Notes: a model not told the origin generated them from the letters alone. DNA of 64,000 nucleotides from Macrostomum lignano (GCA_002269645.1 NIVC01000862.1:310001-374000); one strand, 5' to 3'; counted from the stretch's first letter, positions 1 through 13,740 are shown. A program made the numbers and translations.

Positions 1-1465
1 TCCTGAGCTGTCAATCAGCGCGACGAACAAATTCACACAATGGTGGTACACAATCCAGTTGTGCGCCAGCTGCAGCAGAAAGTGGATGCCCAGCTTCTGA
101 TGCCAGCGGTACATTTTCCTGTTCGGATGGTAGGGCTGAAGTGCAGAGTCCAGTCTATCGACCCCTCCCATACACTTTAAATAGTCCATGACGGAAACCG
201 GCTTGCTGACGACGTCCACCTGACCACCTCGACGAATTCTCTGTCGCTGGACACTGCCTGCTGTACCGAACGAGTCGATGAGGTACAGCGTCTTCACACC
301 ACTGGCTTTGCGTTCCGTAACCTTGATAGCCGCCAGTACATCGCCAAATCGCATGCAGCGATGCCATGGAGCTGGCATCCGCATCTGCTGGAGCTCAGGT
401 GGAGTTCCACGATTGCAGCGAATTGTGCTCCAAGTCACCAAGGTGTTGTGCTCCAGCAGAAACTTTGCAAGGCGGTGTGAGCAAAAATAGCTGTCAATAG
501 AAATTTGGTAGCCGAGATTGAACAAGTTCTTTGACAACTCGACCACAATTCGCTCGCTGATGGAGAGATGGTTTGCAGCCATGTCGGTCCCGAATTTGAT
601 GTTTTCGTCTGTTGTGGAATGCACCAGATTATTCCAAAGGTAGCCGGTCTTTGAATCGCATAGGCAGTAGGTTTTTATGCCGTACCTGGCCCGTTTGGTC
701 GGGATATGTTGCTTGAAAGCCAGTCTGCCTTTGTGCTGGACCAGCTCTTCATCCACGGCCAGGTCTTTATCGGGCATAAACTTTCTTTGGCAGATCTGCT
801 GAACGTAACTCAAAAATGGCCGGATTTTGCGCAATGGGTCAGCTGCATCAGCTGTGCGGCAATCGTAAAACCGAAAAAACGACAGAATCTGCTGGAAAGA
901 TTGCGAGATAAGCAGCTCTCACTTTGAAAATATTGATTGTCGTGAAACTTGCTGGTAGCCCAATAGCTCTGGATTTCGGGCTTTTTCACTATTCCCATGT
1001 AAAAAATGATGGCTATAACTTGATCTCGTTGGCAGAGCAGTCCTTCCAGTCGGAAAGAACCGGAGGCAATCGCTGATTTCCTTCTTCCTGATCTTCTTCA
1101 AGTATTCTCTGCTCCTCCCATGCTCGAGCATTGGTAAACTCAACCAATAGGTTGATCGCCTCATCGGGTAGAAACTGGCCAAAGTAATCAAGCGGGCTAT
1201 CGCCTGGAACTCCTGGCTCCAGATGCACTCTAGGAACACCAAGTAACTCCGGCAACAGTCCAGCTCTCTCGTCGGTGGTTTCGTCAACTACCATCCAAGC
1301 CTCATTCTGAACAGTTTCGCCCGCCTCTTCGAGTACTTCGTCAGGAAATTCTTCACTTGATAAGAAATCGTCCGAGTCAAAGACTCGTCGCTGGTAAGCA
1401 GCTGATCCATCAGTCACTTTGTTTGGTTGCAAAACAATCCAGGAGAAATGCTTACTGTACTGCAC
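1..1465 (-). pseudogene. Degenerate piggyBac (PGBD4-like) transposase
   Basis: Minus-strand fragments LDYFGQFLPDEAINLLVEFTNARA, IAIIFYMGIVKKPEIQSYW and, near 190-60, MDYLKCMGGVDRLDSALQPYHPNRKMYRWHQKLGIHF (the piggyBac MGGVDxxD motif). Frameshifts near 1015 and 895. The element runs off the window start, and no TIR or TTAA end was located. Confidence 0.85.
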
Positions 1466-2299
1466 AGACTTGTTTATCTTAAAAGGAAGGGACTGGCCAT
1501 AGACAATTAATGAAAAAGCCCCAGTATAGACGTACAGTGAAGCTTTTATCTACAGATACTCTGCATAGTTAGGTTAAGTTCTTTATCGGATTTTGGGGGA
1601 GTGTAGCAGACCCGCTCATTTAGGCCCAGTTGTCTATGGTCAGCGCTGCTGTCTATTCGGAGTTTAGCTCAGTGCACACAAAATAAAGGCATAGAAGAAG
1701 TTAAATAAAATAAGTAGAATTGATTATTTAGACCGTAGAGCCTTTGTGCGAAATTTCAAAATGATTTAGTTGAGTTGGTTGAAAAATATCACTATCTTAT
1801 TTTCTTCATAAGATGTGTTTCCATAAGCTATAAATATAAAGGAATGAAAAATAACAATTTAGGAGATAAATAGTTAAAATAAAAGCAATTGCCCTTTACC
1901 CCTCCCCAGGCCTACCATTTCGGCCCAAAAAGGATGGGTAACAATAGCATAAGCCAAGGCAATAACACTAAGATCATTCAATAATGATGTAAATAAAGAC
2001 TTTAACTAGGTAGGTCCTATTATACTATAAAAGATCTAGATCATATTTGTTTGATTTATGAGACTATTTACAATAGGCTTAATCGGCTTGCAATTAACAG
2101 TCGCACGAGTGACCGTTTTGCGACTGTCATTATTAAATGATGGTATTTAACAACGGTCACAAAAATGGTGAGTACTGTTAAACAAAATAGCGAAATTCCA
2201 TTCGTTCTAATGGTTATCGGTGAAACTGTCACGCCACGAGTGCGAGTGGCTCTCTCCCTTGCTCTCTCCTCCGACTACATAACCTGGCGATGGACCTAA

Positions 2300-2620
2300 G
2301 CTTGCAACTCTTGAGCTCAAACAGGGGGTTGGAGGCATGCGACATACAAGACCGAGAGCTAGAGATTGCTCTTCGTTGCAGATGCACCAGTGTACAACAC
2401 TCCCGTATATCTGAATACGATATTGTCCAAAGCGCCATCCTCATCTGCCAGTTGCTCATCAAGTCCGCATCCTTTAGATCCATCTGGTGCAGGCGGGCTG
2501 TAGCTGCGTACTTTCTTAGCTTAGTCTCTGTGATTCGTTTTGACTCCCTAAAATCCGGAATAAGTTGCCGAATTTTCGTTCGCGTCCTGAGTCAGGCTGC
2601 CAGATACTTGACTTCAATAG
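2300..2620 (-). pseudogene. Possible tyrosine-recombinase-like fragment
   Basis: Minus frame reads ITETKLRKYAATARLHQMDL, resembling the T-x-T-K/R-L-R-K-x-x-A-T segment of animal YR-like mobile-element proteins. The downstream MGH..H..Y motif is not preserved. Confidence 0.3.
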
Positions 2621-3526
2621 AAATATTTGCGTTTACATACAGTATTACATCTTGCTGATGAGAAGTGAGTCTTCTGTGTATCGCAGGTCTGTGTAGTAAA
2701 TTGTAAGCATAAAATGCGCAGAGTACAAAGCAATTACAGCAAAAATTACGCAAATTAGTACAGGAACATTAGTCGTTAAATATAAAATTCAAAGTGGTTT
2801 ATTGCATACAATGGATCTAAACTTTATTTACTGAAGAAAGAGAAGTATTTTTGTCGCATGAATTGGCAAATTGAGCAAGAGAAATATTCCTTTCCAATAA
2901 GTTGTACTTTTGTAGCAATTCTGAGTGAGCCAGTCAATGAGTCTAGCATATCAACCCAAAACTCAGCCACGCATTAGTGTTAATGCATGTATCGAATATC
3001 TATCACACATACAGCGTAGCAATCTAGCCACAAAGTCTAAATTTAAAGCCTTCTATTCATACTCACATACAGGTCTTCACTTCTTGCTACCAGAGCCCGT
3101 CAGTTTCTTGAGCTTCCGTTGAAGAGCAGCTGTGGCATCAACCTGATTGATCTGCTTGGTCATGCTCTTAGCCATGCAGTTGAAGAAGCGGTTTGTCACT
3201 TCGCATCAATTCGTGGCCATTGGTACAGTGGGTGCGGCCGAATAGGATCTGGTAGTTGTCGACAAGCACCAGGTCCATCACGTGGTAGAACAGGGCTCTC
3301 TGGTTAGCAGCTGATAGGAATTTGTCCCTTAGTTAAGGAGTGCTCTTAGCTTCCATTAATGTGCGCCAGCACAGGATGCCCAGCTGAAATAGGTGCTCCT
3401 GTGGCCAGAGGAGGCCCCCCTCTGTCAACTTCGGCCAGGAAATCGGGTGCATCCTTTACTTGCTGAGGTTCCTCGAAGTCAAAGACAGCTGACGGAGTGT
3501 CGCAGACCACACACTGTAAATCATAA

Positions 3527-3770
3527 AGGTCCGAATAAAGGTCCGTAAGAGGTCCAAACTTAAAGGTCCGGAGCGTCGATATAGCGGACCATAATAGGTC
3601 CGTATTTTTGAAGGTCCGAATAAAGGTCCGGAGGAGGTCCAAACTTGAAGGTCCGGAGCGTCAAAATAGCGGACCATAATAGGTCCGTATTTTTGAAGGT
3701 CCGAATTATAAGGTCCGAATCATTGGTCCGAAAGTGGTCCATATATACTTTTAAAGGGTCCGAATTTGTA
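3527..3770. repeat. GGTCCG-rich direct repeat (about 95-bp unit, 2-2.5 copies); possible transposon subterminal array
   Basis: Repeated aaggtccgaataaaggtccg...agcggaccataataggtccgtatttttgaaggtccgaat blocks. Confidence 0.7.
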
Positions 3771-4769
3771 GGGGGGTGTTAATATTTTGAGACTTGTCAT
3801 GCATGCAAAATGCTGTCTCGCGTTTCTACACAAATAGTGTCCCGCTCATGACCGAAATACGAAAGTAAGCAATTAAGTATTTCAAACACGGCATCGAATA
3901 TCATAGTCGGTTATTTTTACGCCTCGCATTGAATTTTTTAGTATATAGCCCAATATATGATCAGACCAAAGCAGTATATTTTTTACTTTCGATTATAAAT
4001 TCAAGAATATACATCCCATGAATACAATTTACAGTGCATAACATACGAGCCGTAGCTTACATAAAAAGGTCGCAAGCAAATTAGATACACGAGGGCAATC
4101 GATTAGTGTGCCATATATTGTTAAAAGAATAGCATGGAAATTATAGTAATTGTTTTTTAACTGAAAATAGCAATATAAAATTGTTAAATGATAATAAAAA
4201 AGGTTACAAGACATGCAAAATATGCCAAACATGCCAAATACTAGACAAATATGCTTGACTGAGTCGCTTATTGGCCGAGGCGATAAAACAAAGCGATTTT
4301 GAAAAAGTGAAAAAAATATTAAGGAAAATAGTAATACTTGAAAATATGGAAATCAAAGTTTTAATTGTAATATGTAAGTGTCCGCGCATTTTCACATGTA
4401 AGATTCCATGCTTTTAGTTTTTCCAGGATATTGCAGGCATTTCCAGCTTTCTTCTAGGACATCAATAGACCAGTGCAGATAGTAATGGTAAAAGGCGAGA
4501 GTAAGTGTGACTGCATTTTTAAGGGTCAATGCCGCGTCATCTTATAAGTGGTTGGCAAAAACGAATTAGAGAAACTAAAATTTTTCTTTTTGGCCTACTT
4601 TGCTGTGTAGATGCACTTGGCATGTTGGACACAATCCACTTCGTATAAAACCAGGTCGCGGACACCCTGAATATGGAAATAAACCCAGAGGGCACAACAT
4701 ACTGCAACTCACAACTTGCCATGAAAAATGAAATTCGAAAATAAGATTCGTAAAGAACAGCGAGCAACT

Positions 4770-6760
4770 TAATGTAGAGCGTCGAGAACAGTAACTGCGG
4801 CCCTGCGAGAAGCCTTCTTGCGAAGCCCTGACAGGACCTCAACCACCTCGAGGAATGCCTCGATGACAGGGAGGTGCTGAAGATTGAACGCAATAAAGCT
4901 GATGATCAACGCGATAACAGCATCGGTTGAGTTGTTGAATTGGAGGCTTGCACCGTTAACGAAAATTCCGCACATTTTCCGTCCTCCATCAGCACCCTAA
5001 CTGGCAAGACATCACGGAAGATGATTGTTGGATCGACTCGCAAGCGGCCAAGCAAAAGAGACACAGCGACGGGCAACTTCTCATCGTCCGAATTGACAGG
5101 GACATTCAAGTAATCTTGGCAAAGCTTAAATTTTAGGAATACATTCTTCTTTAATTAACTTACGAGCCTAAATTGCATATTTATAAAGTCAATACTAATA
5201 TTATACTTTTGTATTGCACTTAAAAGAATGGTGCAAATAACTAAATGAGAAAAGCCTTCAAAGACATCATGCATTATATCAGGAGGAAAGAAATATTGGA
5301 AGTCAACATATGATAGCTTTTCAAAAACTGAAGGAATAATAACACCATTAGTTAAGGATTGAAAATCATTTATATAAGACAAATGGTGTCTATACTCAAA
5401 TTTAAATAATGTACTTAATGCTTCTAAGTCAATGCTACAAAGGTCTTTATATTCTTTCAAACAAAAACTGCAAACAAAGCCACTTGAAAACCATGTTTGA
5501 AGGCCTAACATTCGATGCATTGACAAATTGTCCCCAGTCATAAAAGCTGCAACAACTGGCACTTTTGTTGAACTACTAATTTGAAATTCTTACAAATAGA
5601 GCTCATTTAGCTCTGAAATCAATAGAGACAAGCAAAAATTTAAACCTACTCTTTTGACACTTGAATCATAGAATGTTGTGACAAGAAGCTGTAAATCTAA
5701 TGAAGAGTTAAGGTGATCTGGAAAGTTAAGAATTGTGAAATAAACTACACAACTGATGTTTTGTCTTTGCAGACCCAATAGGATTACATACCTCAATTTC
5801 ATCTGAATAAAGCTTTAGAAATATGCTATTCATATTTATTACCAAAGAACTAATATGATCATGAAAATACTTTGATTTGAAAAAAATTTCATTTTGATGT
5901 GTACTAGGACATGCAACTAAATATCTAAGCAATTTTCCATTTTTTGTAATAGAACTAAGTGTTTCTCTAATCGGAATATAGTGTACTTAAACATTTGAAT
6001 TAGTATCAACCAATTGAATAGGTTCTATACAATTGAAATTATTTTTCAAGATTTCAAAAATATTTTTATTTTTTAATAAGCATTCCAAGACAAGGTCAAT
6101 CATTTCTTGTACATCTAATTCATTTTTATGAGAATTGAAGCTATTAGCTAATGAGGGATATTCTTCTACTAAGAATTGCTGAAAGAGAAAAAGATAGTCT
6201 TCAGCAAATTTTAATACAATTTATTTAACTAATTCACAAAACTGGCTTGATTTGTCTTTTGGAACAAGAAAGAAATTCCTAGACTTTAGATAAAAATAGA
6301 CATAATTCTTAGCAAGATTTTCTTTTATTTTTTCTCTAAGCACCTCTAATGATATAGAAGTATTTTCTTGTTTGCTACAAATATCTTCTTGGTATACTTT
6401 TAAAAGATCTTCAAAATTATTTGGTCGACAGTCTTCATTTTTTTAATATCAATCTTCTACTACAGTACTATTTTCGAAAACTGATTCAATATTACTAGCA
6501 TTTCTATCACTACTTTCTTCTGCAAGTTGGATTTCATTTGCATTAAAAGTGCTTTTGTGATTACGGTATGCATGAGCTCTTAATCCTTCTATAGTAATAC
6601 TAGTATGAAAGCAATCTTCTACTGGACATGAAAAACTTTTATTCCCAAAAGAGTGATAAAGCTTAATACTCGTATGGTCAATAAGCTTAAATAAGTCTTT
6701 ATTTGTAAATTGATATAAAGTGCATTTGAATACATTTTCTTCACTGGCTAGCATTCACCA
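4770..6760 (-). mobile_element. Degenerate animal CACTA/EnSpm(Mirage)-like DNA transposon
   Basis: N-terminal C2H2-like CPVEDC..LRAHAYRNH; LYSDEIEVCNPIGSAKTKHQL; GDNLSMHRMLGLQTWFSSGFVCSFC; PPDIMHDVFEG. A second-gene-like fragment AVIALIISFIAFNLQH lies at 4770-5109. Stop codons are present and there is a compositional break near 5110. Confidence 0.65.
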
Positions 6761-7529
6761 AGCAGGCAACTATGTTGGAAACTAGGCTAGAAGGTCTAGA
6801 TCTATTAGCATTAGGCCTATAATAACTCAAGTTTAAAAGCAGGTCAAAACAAGCAAAAAATGTCAATAGTTAGTGATTGACACAATAATATAGGCGGTAT
6901 GCCTAACACATGGAAGATACATGGGGGATACAAATTGCAATGACTTTGTAGTTTTATAAAATTGTAATGCTAATGAATATAGTAATACTAATAGTATATT
7001 GACAAATTTTGCTTAATAAAGTTGTCGAAGAGTCTAGTAATGATTCAGTAAGCTAATGATTCTTTGACATGCATGATGAATACATGTGTTGTGCTTGTGC
7101 AGTAAAAAGACACCGAATTCATTGAATGATCTGAGCAATGTGTATGCAGCATATTAAACACCCAAATTGAGTGCCGTACAACAAAATTTCACAAAAACAT
7201 TTCTGCGCTCTTTATTCAAAAAAGATATTTTCTCTCTGATGTCTTAAAAGTGTAAACATATTTATATATCCAAGCCAAACTATTTTTTTATTGAAAATAT
7301 AAATTAAAAAGCGTTAAACTATCTGCAGCATATTACGGAGGATTACCACGCCAAAATGAAAAGTAAAAAATAATGTTACTTTTTACCAATTAGCAGCATG
7401 TCAAATGTTCCTTAGCTGTTGTGGAAGTCCAAATGAGTCCTAAAAATTAAATATGTGAACCTTTTCTGTAAAAAATAGTCGGACCTTAAACCACAAAGGT
7501 CCAAAATGTCGCATACAGACCTTGTCTGG

Positions 7530-8960
7530 ACCAATAGAATTTACAGTGCAGTCTGCACAACTCGCATTTCTTCGTCCTCATCAGCTGGCACATGGAAATG
7601 AAGACATTTCCGCAACTGAGCTGACGAATTCAGCCGAATCTTGCTTCGATGTTGTCGGACTGGATCTTCCCCATCAGGACGTAGCTAAATCCACAGCGAT
7701 CCAGCAGGTACTGAACCAGTGCGGCCATGGCTCGGCGGGTTTGACGGACAGTCCCGAATGTGTACGCTGTCCTATATTGCATCTGTCACAAAAAGTTCAG
7801 GTTTTAATAATAAATAAAAGTAAAGTGAAAAATCTATTTCAAATAATAAAAGAGGCAATAACCTTTGAGTTCTCCCACGCATCCAAGGAAGATCGGACAG
7901 GATCGCGGGTGAGATCTATCTTGTGCTTTCCGATTGTGGTTGTTCGGACATTCAGCACATTCCACAACTTGTGACAAACATCCAGAACGAACGTTGTCTG
8001 TCGAAAGCCGTAGTGCTTGAGTGCGTTAATGGTGGACTCGTCGAAGAGAGCTACGGCAAGCTGGACATAGACTTTCTCTAGGCTTGTTGGGTGCAGAACG
8101 ACGTTGGTAAGCTTGTGTGCCATTTTCACTGGCTTGTCCTCTTCCAAATGATGATCCTCTTTGGCGATGATCGGCGGAAACTTCGGGCACACGAACTCCC
8201 TCTTGAACAGAAAATTGTTGTAGAGATTATTCATATTGTGCGTGGGATCGAAGATCAAAAACAACTTTTGTCTGTTGAATTGATTCGTCACGCTAAAGTC
8301 GAGTCTACTGGAGCACAAGAAGTGCGTATAAAAACGCCTGTTCGCCGCTGCATTGTCAACCCATATGGCCACGACGTTGAATCCAATGTTAAGCAACATC
8401 GGCGTGGCTCTCAGGTAGCACTGATGCAGTGTCTCAGCCTTCAGGTTGTTCATTTGGAAAATTCCGACCAAGTCGCGGTACTTTGTCATTGCCGATGAAG
8501 CACAGAGCAGTCTGGGCAACATTTCCCTCTTCTGTGAGACCATGCAATTCTCAACCGCTGTTCTCGACCCGCTTGCTGAGATAAATCTCATCCATCAGCA
8601 GAATTACGTTGGTCTCATAGGCCTGGAGTGTATCGTAGCGCAACTTTAGCTATTCGCAGTTGCCCAGTCCTGTAGTCGAGGTCATCCTACGCGTCACACG
8701 CCTCAGCGTTTTGATTGAAGGTAGAACTAAGGAATTTGTCCCAGAACACACTGACAAGCAGCTGAACTCACGGAGAACATAATATAGGAGAATGCCAGCA
8801 GTTCTGGTGAATATCGCCGAGCATGCTTGTCCAAATCCAGCAATTTCAGCTGCTCAATCAGAAAAGTGAGGCAAGCTGAGACTGCATCAGTCACGTGGTC
8901 TTGCTGTTGGAGCACTAGTAAACTGGACCGGAAAACAGAGCGGCTTCCCAAAAATCAAAA
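7530..8960 (-). pseudogene. P-element/THAP9-like transposase pseudogene with one intron (about 7784-7862)
   Basis: RRYSPELLAFSYIMF, VILLMDEIYL, VVAIWVDNAAANRRF, IFDPTHNMNNLYNN, KVYVQLAVALFDESTINAL, and after a GT..AG intron YVLMGKIQSDNIEARFG*IRQ (the catalytic Glu motif followed by a stop). Confidence 0.85.
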
Positions 8961-10139
8961 GCGTCGCACAAAGACGGAAACTAGAGCAGGTCAGACCAGG
9001 CTGTCTGGGCACTGCAAAAGAGAGCACAAGAGACAAAGGAGCAAATGAGGACAGCAGAAGGGCAACAATGGAAAAGGGCGGACACAGGCAACTGCCCAGC
9101 GGCAGACAAAAGCCCAGGGCGAGGGAAACTGCGGACTTTTTTGCGATGCGACGCCTAAAACATTAAACTAGCGGCGCACTACATATTGAAGAGGTTATAA
9201 ATATACTCAGCAACACCAAAAAGTCGCCAACCTTTGCTCCAGTAAAGCAAAGGTTATAACTTCTCTCGGACCTTATTTGCAAGTTTTCTACTCACACTCT
9301 ACACTGCGCGGGTCATACATTATGTAATCACTACCATGAGCGATTAGGGTGTAAAAGTAGTGGTAACATCGTTTATTTAGTTAAGTCAAGTCAGATTTTA
9401 AGTAACCATGGAATAGTCGAGTTTAACGCTGAACATTTGAACATGTTTAACATCATAACATCAGTGCATGCGTTGGACAATTGGACAATTGGAAGATGGT
9501 CTTTGATTGCTTGCCTTCTTGCAGTGTGTCTATCCGTCTTACCGATGTTAAGAGAACTTATTAAGAGAAGCCTGCTGCTCGCCTTGAAGAATGTCCAGCG
9601 CTTTGGCAACCGGGGCCACCACAGTCGTATACTCCTTTTTAATAGAAAGTAGTGCGTCCTCGGCTGTAACTGATTTGTCATTCCGTCCATCACACGATTG
9701 GTGGCAGGCCGCATTATAGACACGAATATGTCGCTTAGGTTGAATTCCACCGCGTCGCGTTCGGAACGACGACTTTTCGGCAAAGTTCTTTGTTAATGAG
9801 GTCTGACACCTTGAGGCTCTGCCCTTGCGCGTTTTATAGAGTCTGTGCCTATCTGCGTCTAATCTGTGTCTGTGCCTTATTAACCTTTCATAATAATTTA
9901 TTGTAAAATGTGTATTTATTTATTCACCAAAGAGCTCATAGAAAAATATAAGCATCGTACTATCGGACTTGGAAAAAGTATAGTGCGATGATACCGTGGT
10001 CCGTTACTCCGATACTAAAAAGGTATCGGGGATAGTATCGGAGTATCAGACCGGTGTCCAACACTGAAACTTGATGCTTGGCATTCCTATGAAAGGTATA
10101 TTGATGACTGGTTTCTTTCGGTCGAGTTAAAATCAATAA

Positions 10140-10300
10140 CAATATTTTCTTTAATGGCGTCTTTTTATTAACTAAGGTATTTATATCTAAATTGACCAGG
10201 TTGTTCGGGTATTGGTTTCTGGTCAGAATCTCTGATTCGAAGCATTTCATGGTGTAGGTTAGACCAGTGCCGCAGATGTTGTATGCACGACGCAGCATTC
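10140..10300 (-). mobile_element. Penelope-like retroelement fragment (region C-terminal to RT)
   Basis: LRRAYNIC...EILTRNQYPNNLV matches the RAxxIC...LxxNGYP pattern of Penelope-like elements. Short and degraded. Confidence 0.5.
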
Positions 10301-11201
10301 TTCGAATAAAAACTAAGCTTCATTACTACACTAAAAATGTGCACAAAAAAGAATCATAACAAACCTTAACTGCCAAACTGATTTGCGTGGACTTGCAAAA
10401 TCGCATTACAGCAAGTGAAAAGTAAATAAACGATTAAACACAATCGGTTAAAAAAACAAGTTTTCAGAATATTTTCACCTTGTTGCTGCATTCATAACAT
10501 AAAATCATCAGAGATCTGGACAATAACCTATGAGACAAGAACCTGGATATATATTATAACTTGTCAGTTGCCAGCTGGTTGATTGTCCTAAAGGGCCGAA
10601 ACCGGTACTGCAGTCAGTGCTGTGCCGGTTGATTGTCCATATGCGGCCGAACCCGATACTGAAGTACCGATAGGAACAGCAATTTTTCATTGGGCAGGTG
10701 ATGCAGGACAGTGTTTGGTATGTTCGCACCTTCTTTGGTGGCACTGCTGGCATCGGCTGTCCTGTCCGCAACGACAGTCCTATTGTTCAGAGGCAGGGCT
10801 ACCTGCTAAGCAGCATTCCTGACTTCAAGCCAGACAGTATTGTAGTTGGCAGCATTGTTGTATCAGCATAGCTGTAGTACACACTTGGTACGATCTAGAC
10901 TCTTCATCCATTCTATATCACAGTGAGCTTGGTATAGGCTGACCATAATGACACCAGTGCGCTCCCCATAGCACAACCATCAAGTTGCTCGTACAAACTG
11001 CCGTTGTTAGTAAAAATCTGGCTCGTAACTAAGTTTTAGAAGCTTCTTGAATTTCTTGCTATCGACCTGAAGGCTGATTCACATTGTCATCAAATTAGTC
11101 ATGAATCACACGACTGAAAATTGTTGTTGAAGTGCGCCACCACTCGATTTAAACATGGGTAGACAGATCGACACTCAAGTCACTCGCTCACCCATCCTCA
11201 G

Positions 11202-12460
11202 GCCTATGAGCAGAGCTTCTCGGACGCTTCCGACGACACGACCCCAGCTGGCTGTCGCGACGTCAACAACCTGGTGAACTCGTCCGGCTTTATCGTGAAG
11301 AAGCTGATTCTATTCGCTAAAAAGCTACCAGATTTTGTTAGCCTCAGTCAGCCCTGTCAGATTGCGCTGCTCAAGGGTGTTGTTATCTGCACCCTGTTCC
11401 TGCGCTCGGCTGTTCACTACCATCGCGACCGGGACGTCTGGCTGACGCCCAAAGGCGAAGTGCCGACGGCTATTTTGAAAGAAATACCCGGATTTGCCGA
11501 ATTATACGACGATCATCTTCGATTTTGCCGGCAATTCAAATTGCTATTCCAAGATCCCTACCTGGTACCTATAGTGCAGGTGCTGCTGTTGTTCACTCCC
11601 GATAGGCCTAGCGTTGGCGATCGAACTCTTGTGTCCAATGTGCAGGATAGGTGCGTTTCTCATTTTTTGACCTTCTTTATGATTTAAATGGTCATTTATC
11701 TGTTTGTAATCGATATCTCTTTATTTATTTGACGTTTATCTATCTTTTCTGGTGTTTCTTAATATCTAAATGCCCATTTTTCGCCTTCTGACCTCTAAAT
11801 GACCAATTTATGATCTTTTGATCTCAAAATGACCAATTATGGTCTTATGACCTCTTAATGTACATTTTTACTATCTGGATTATTTGATTCTTACGTGACT
11901 TCTTTTTGTCCCACCTGTGGTGTTCGAAAATCGTTACCCCGAAGTATTTCTTAATTTGTCCTTCTAGCGTTTCTTAAGGTTCATTTTACGTAAACCATTT
12001 TACATGGGCCTCTTCTCTTTTATGTGCTCTTAAAAGATCCTCTATTCGACCTTCATATATGTTCTTTCGTTTGCTTCAATTATAATTTTACACTATTTAT
12101 TTTATCTAGCTAATTCGATCATTGTCCAACACAATACAATTCAGGTACATCTGCCTATTAAAGCACTACTTGGAAGGTCGCACAAGCTTCACCGAGGCTA
12201 GGCGAAAATTGCCTAAAATTCTGCTTCTACTGGAAGATCTTCAAGACTTGGCGGAGCGTCACGGCCGATTGCTTTTGCACGTGAATCCCGCCGAGGTTGA
12301 CCCGTTACTACTGGAGGTGTTCGACATCGCCGTCAAATCTTCGTCAGCGGCTCCGGTTGCAACGTCGACGTCGACCGCTGTCAATATCGGTGGCGTCGAC
12401 TCGTTGGCCGGACTACCGGGCGCTGCAATGTTCAGCCTAAGGCGGATGGGTCAAATGTGA
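11202..12460 (+). CDS. Nuclear receptor ligand-binding domain, HR96/DAF-12 (NR1J)-like; last two exons 11202-11650 and 12145-12460
   Basis: IVKKLILFAKKLPDFVSLSQPCQIALLKG signature, LLLFTPDRP, RYICLLKHYLE and AF-2 helix VDPLLLEVFD. The phase-2 GT/AG intron joins the exons in frame. The 5' exon boundary (cctcag at 11201) is tentative. Confidence 0.85.
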
Positions 12461-12689
12461 CTGCGTCTTGCCGTCTAACTGAAGATTGATTTATTGATTG
12501 ATTTATAGTTTGGTTTATTCATTGACTGACACGAGATATTTTTACTTTCCTGATAGGTTTTTTGCGTCCAAAAATATGTACATTGTAGAGTGCTGTCTTA
12601 ACTGCTCTGTGTTAATCCTTTTTTGTCATGTCACGAGGCTTGTTTTTTCTTTGTTGATTTCTCAATTTCATTTTGTCACTCCCAAATCC

Positions 12690-13040
12690 ACCCTGTCACT
12701 CCCTAATCTACCATGTCACTCCCTAATCTACCATGTCACTCCCTAATCCACTCTGTCGCTCCCTTACCTACCATGTCACTCCCAAATCCACCCTGTCACT
12801 CCCTAATCTACCATGTCACTCCCTAATCCACTCTGTCACTCCCTAACCTACCATGTCACTCCCAAATCCACCCTGTCACTCCCTAATCTACGATGTCACT
12901 CCCTTAATTCACTACCACTATGTCACTCCCTAATCCACTTTGTCACTTCCTAATCTACAATGTCACTCCCTAATCTACTATTTTACTCCCTTATTCACTA
13001 CCAATCTATCATGTCTCTCCCGTAATCCACTGCCACTGTC
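12690..13040. repeat. 20-bp minisatellite (ccatgtcactccctaatcta)
   Basis: Degenerate tandem copies visible directly. Confidence 0.9.
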
Positions 13041-13740
13041 ACTCCCTTTATTCACTCCGTAACTTCTCACCCTCCAGTTCATTCATTAATCTTTTAATCC
13101 TTAATCCTCTTGTCTGTCTTATTTTCACAATTTCTCTTCCAAAGTCACAATGGCACTCTCTTATTCATTCTGGAAATCACTAATTTTTGTTGCTGTCAAT
13201 CACTAAATAATTCATCACTTGCCACTAACATGTACGTCATTCCCTAAGTGTACAAATGTTAGATGTAGCATTGTGTACTTCTGGCAAAGTATATGGTCCT
13301 CATTATTTTTTCTGATATTTTCATGTAAAGTTTGGTATGTCTCTGTTCGAATAGTTGCACTAATTTAATACTTAATACTTACTACAGATACTACAGATAC
13401 TACAAATCCATGGCTAAATGATTATTTAAGATTTTTTTGTGCCTTTGTTTTTATGCGCACCTTGTGTCTTCAATTTGTGTTTGTACAAATATTTGTCAAA
13501 TAGAATTATGTCCTAAGTATCTAATTTGGATTGTCAATTCGTCATGCAGGTGTGAAAGTTACATATTGTTATTTTGCGTACTTCCACTATCTATCAAGAT
13601 GGATTTATTGCAACAACTTCCCAAATTTTTCCCGTTTTTCATTGCGTTTGTTTACATTTATCATCATTATAATTACTTAATTTTGCCGTCAATATTGGCA
13701 TTTGTTTTGAACTGATCATGGCTTACCAATAAGCCAAGTT

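Noticed and set aside
10622-10822. CLVC motif as the nuclear receptor DNA-binding domain
   Set aside because: The rest of the C4 zinc-finger pattern (HYG, CxxCxxFFRR) is absent.
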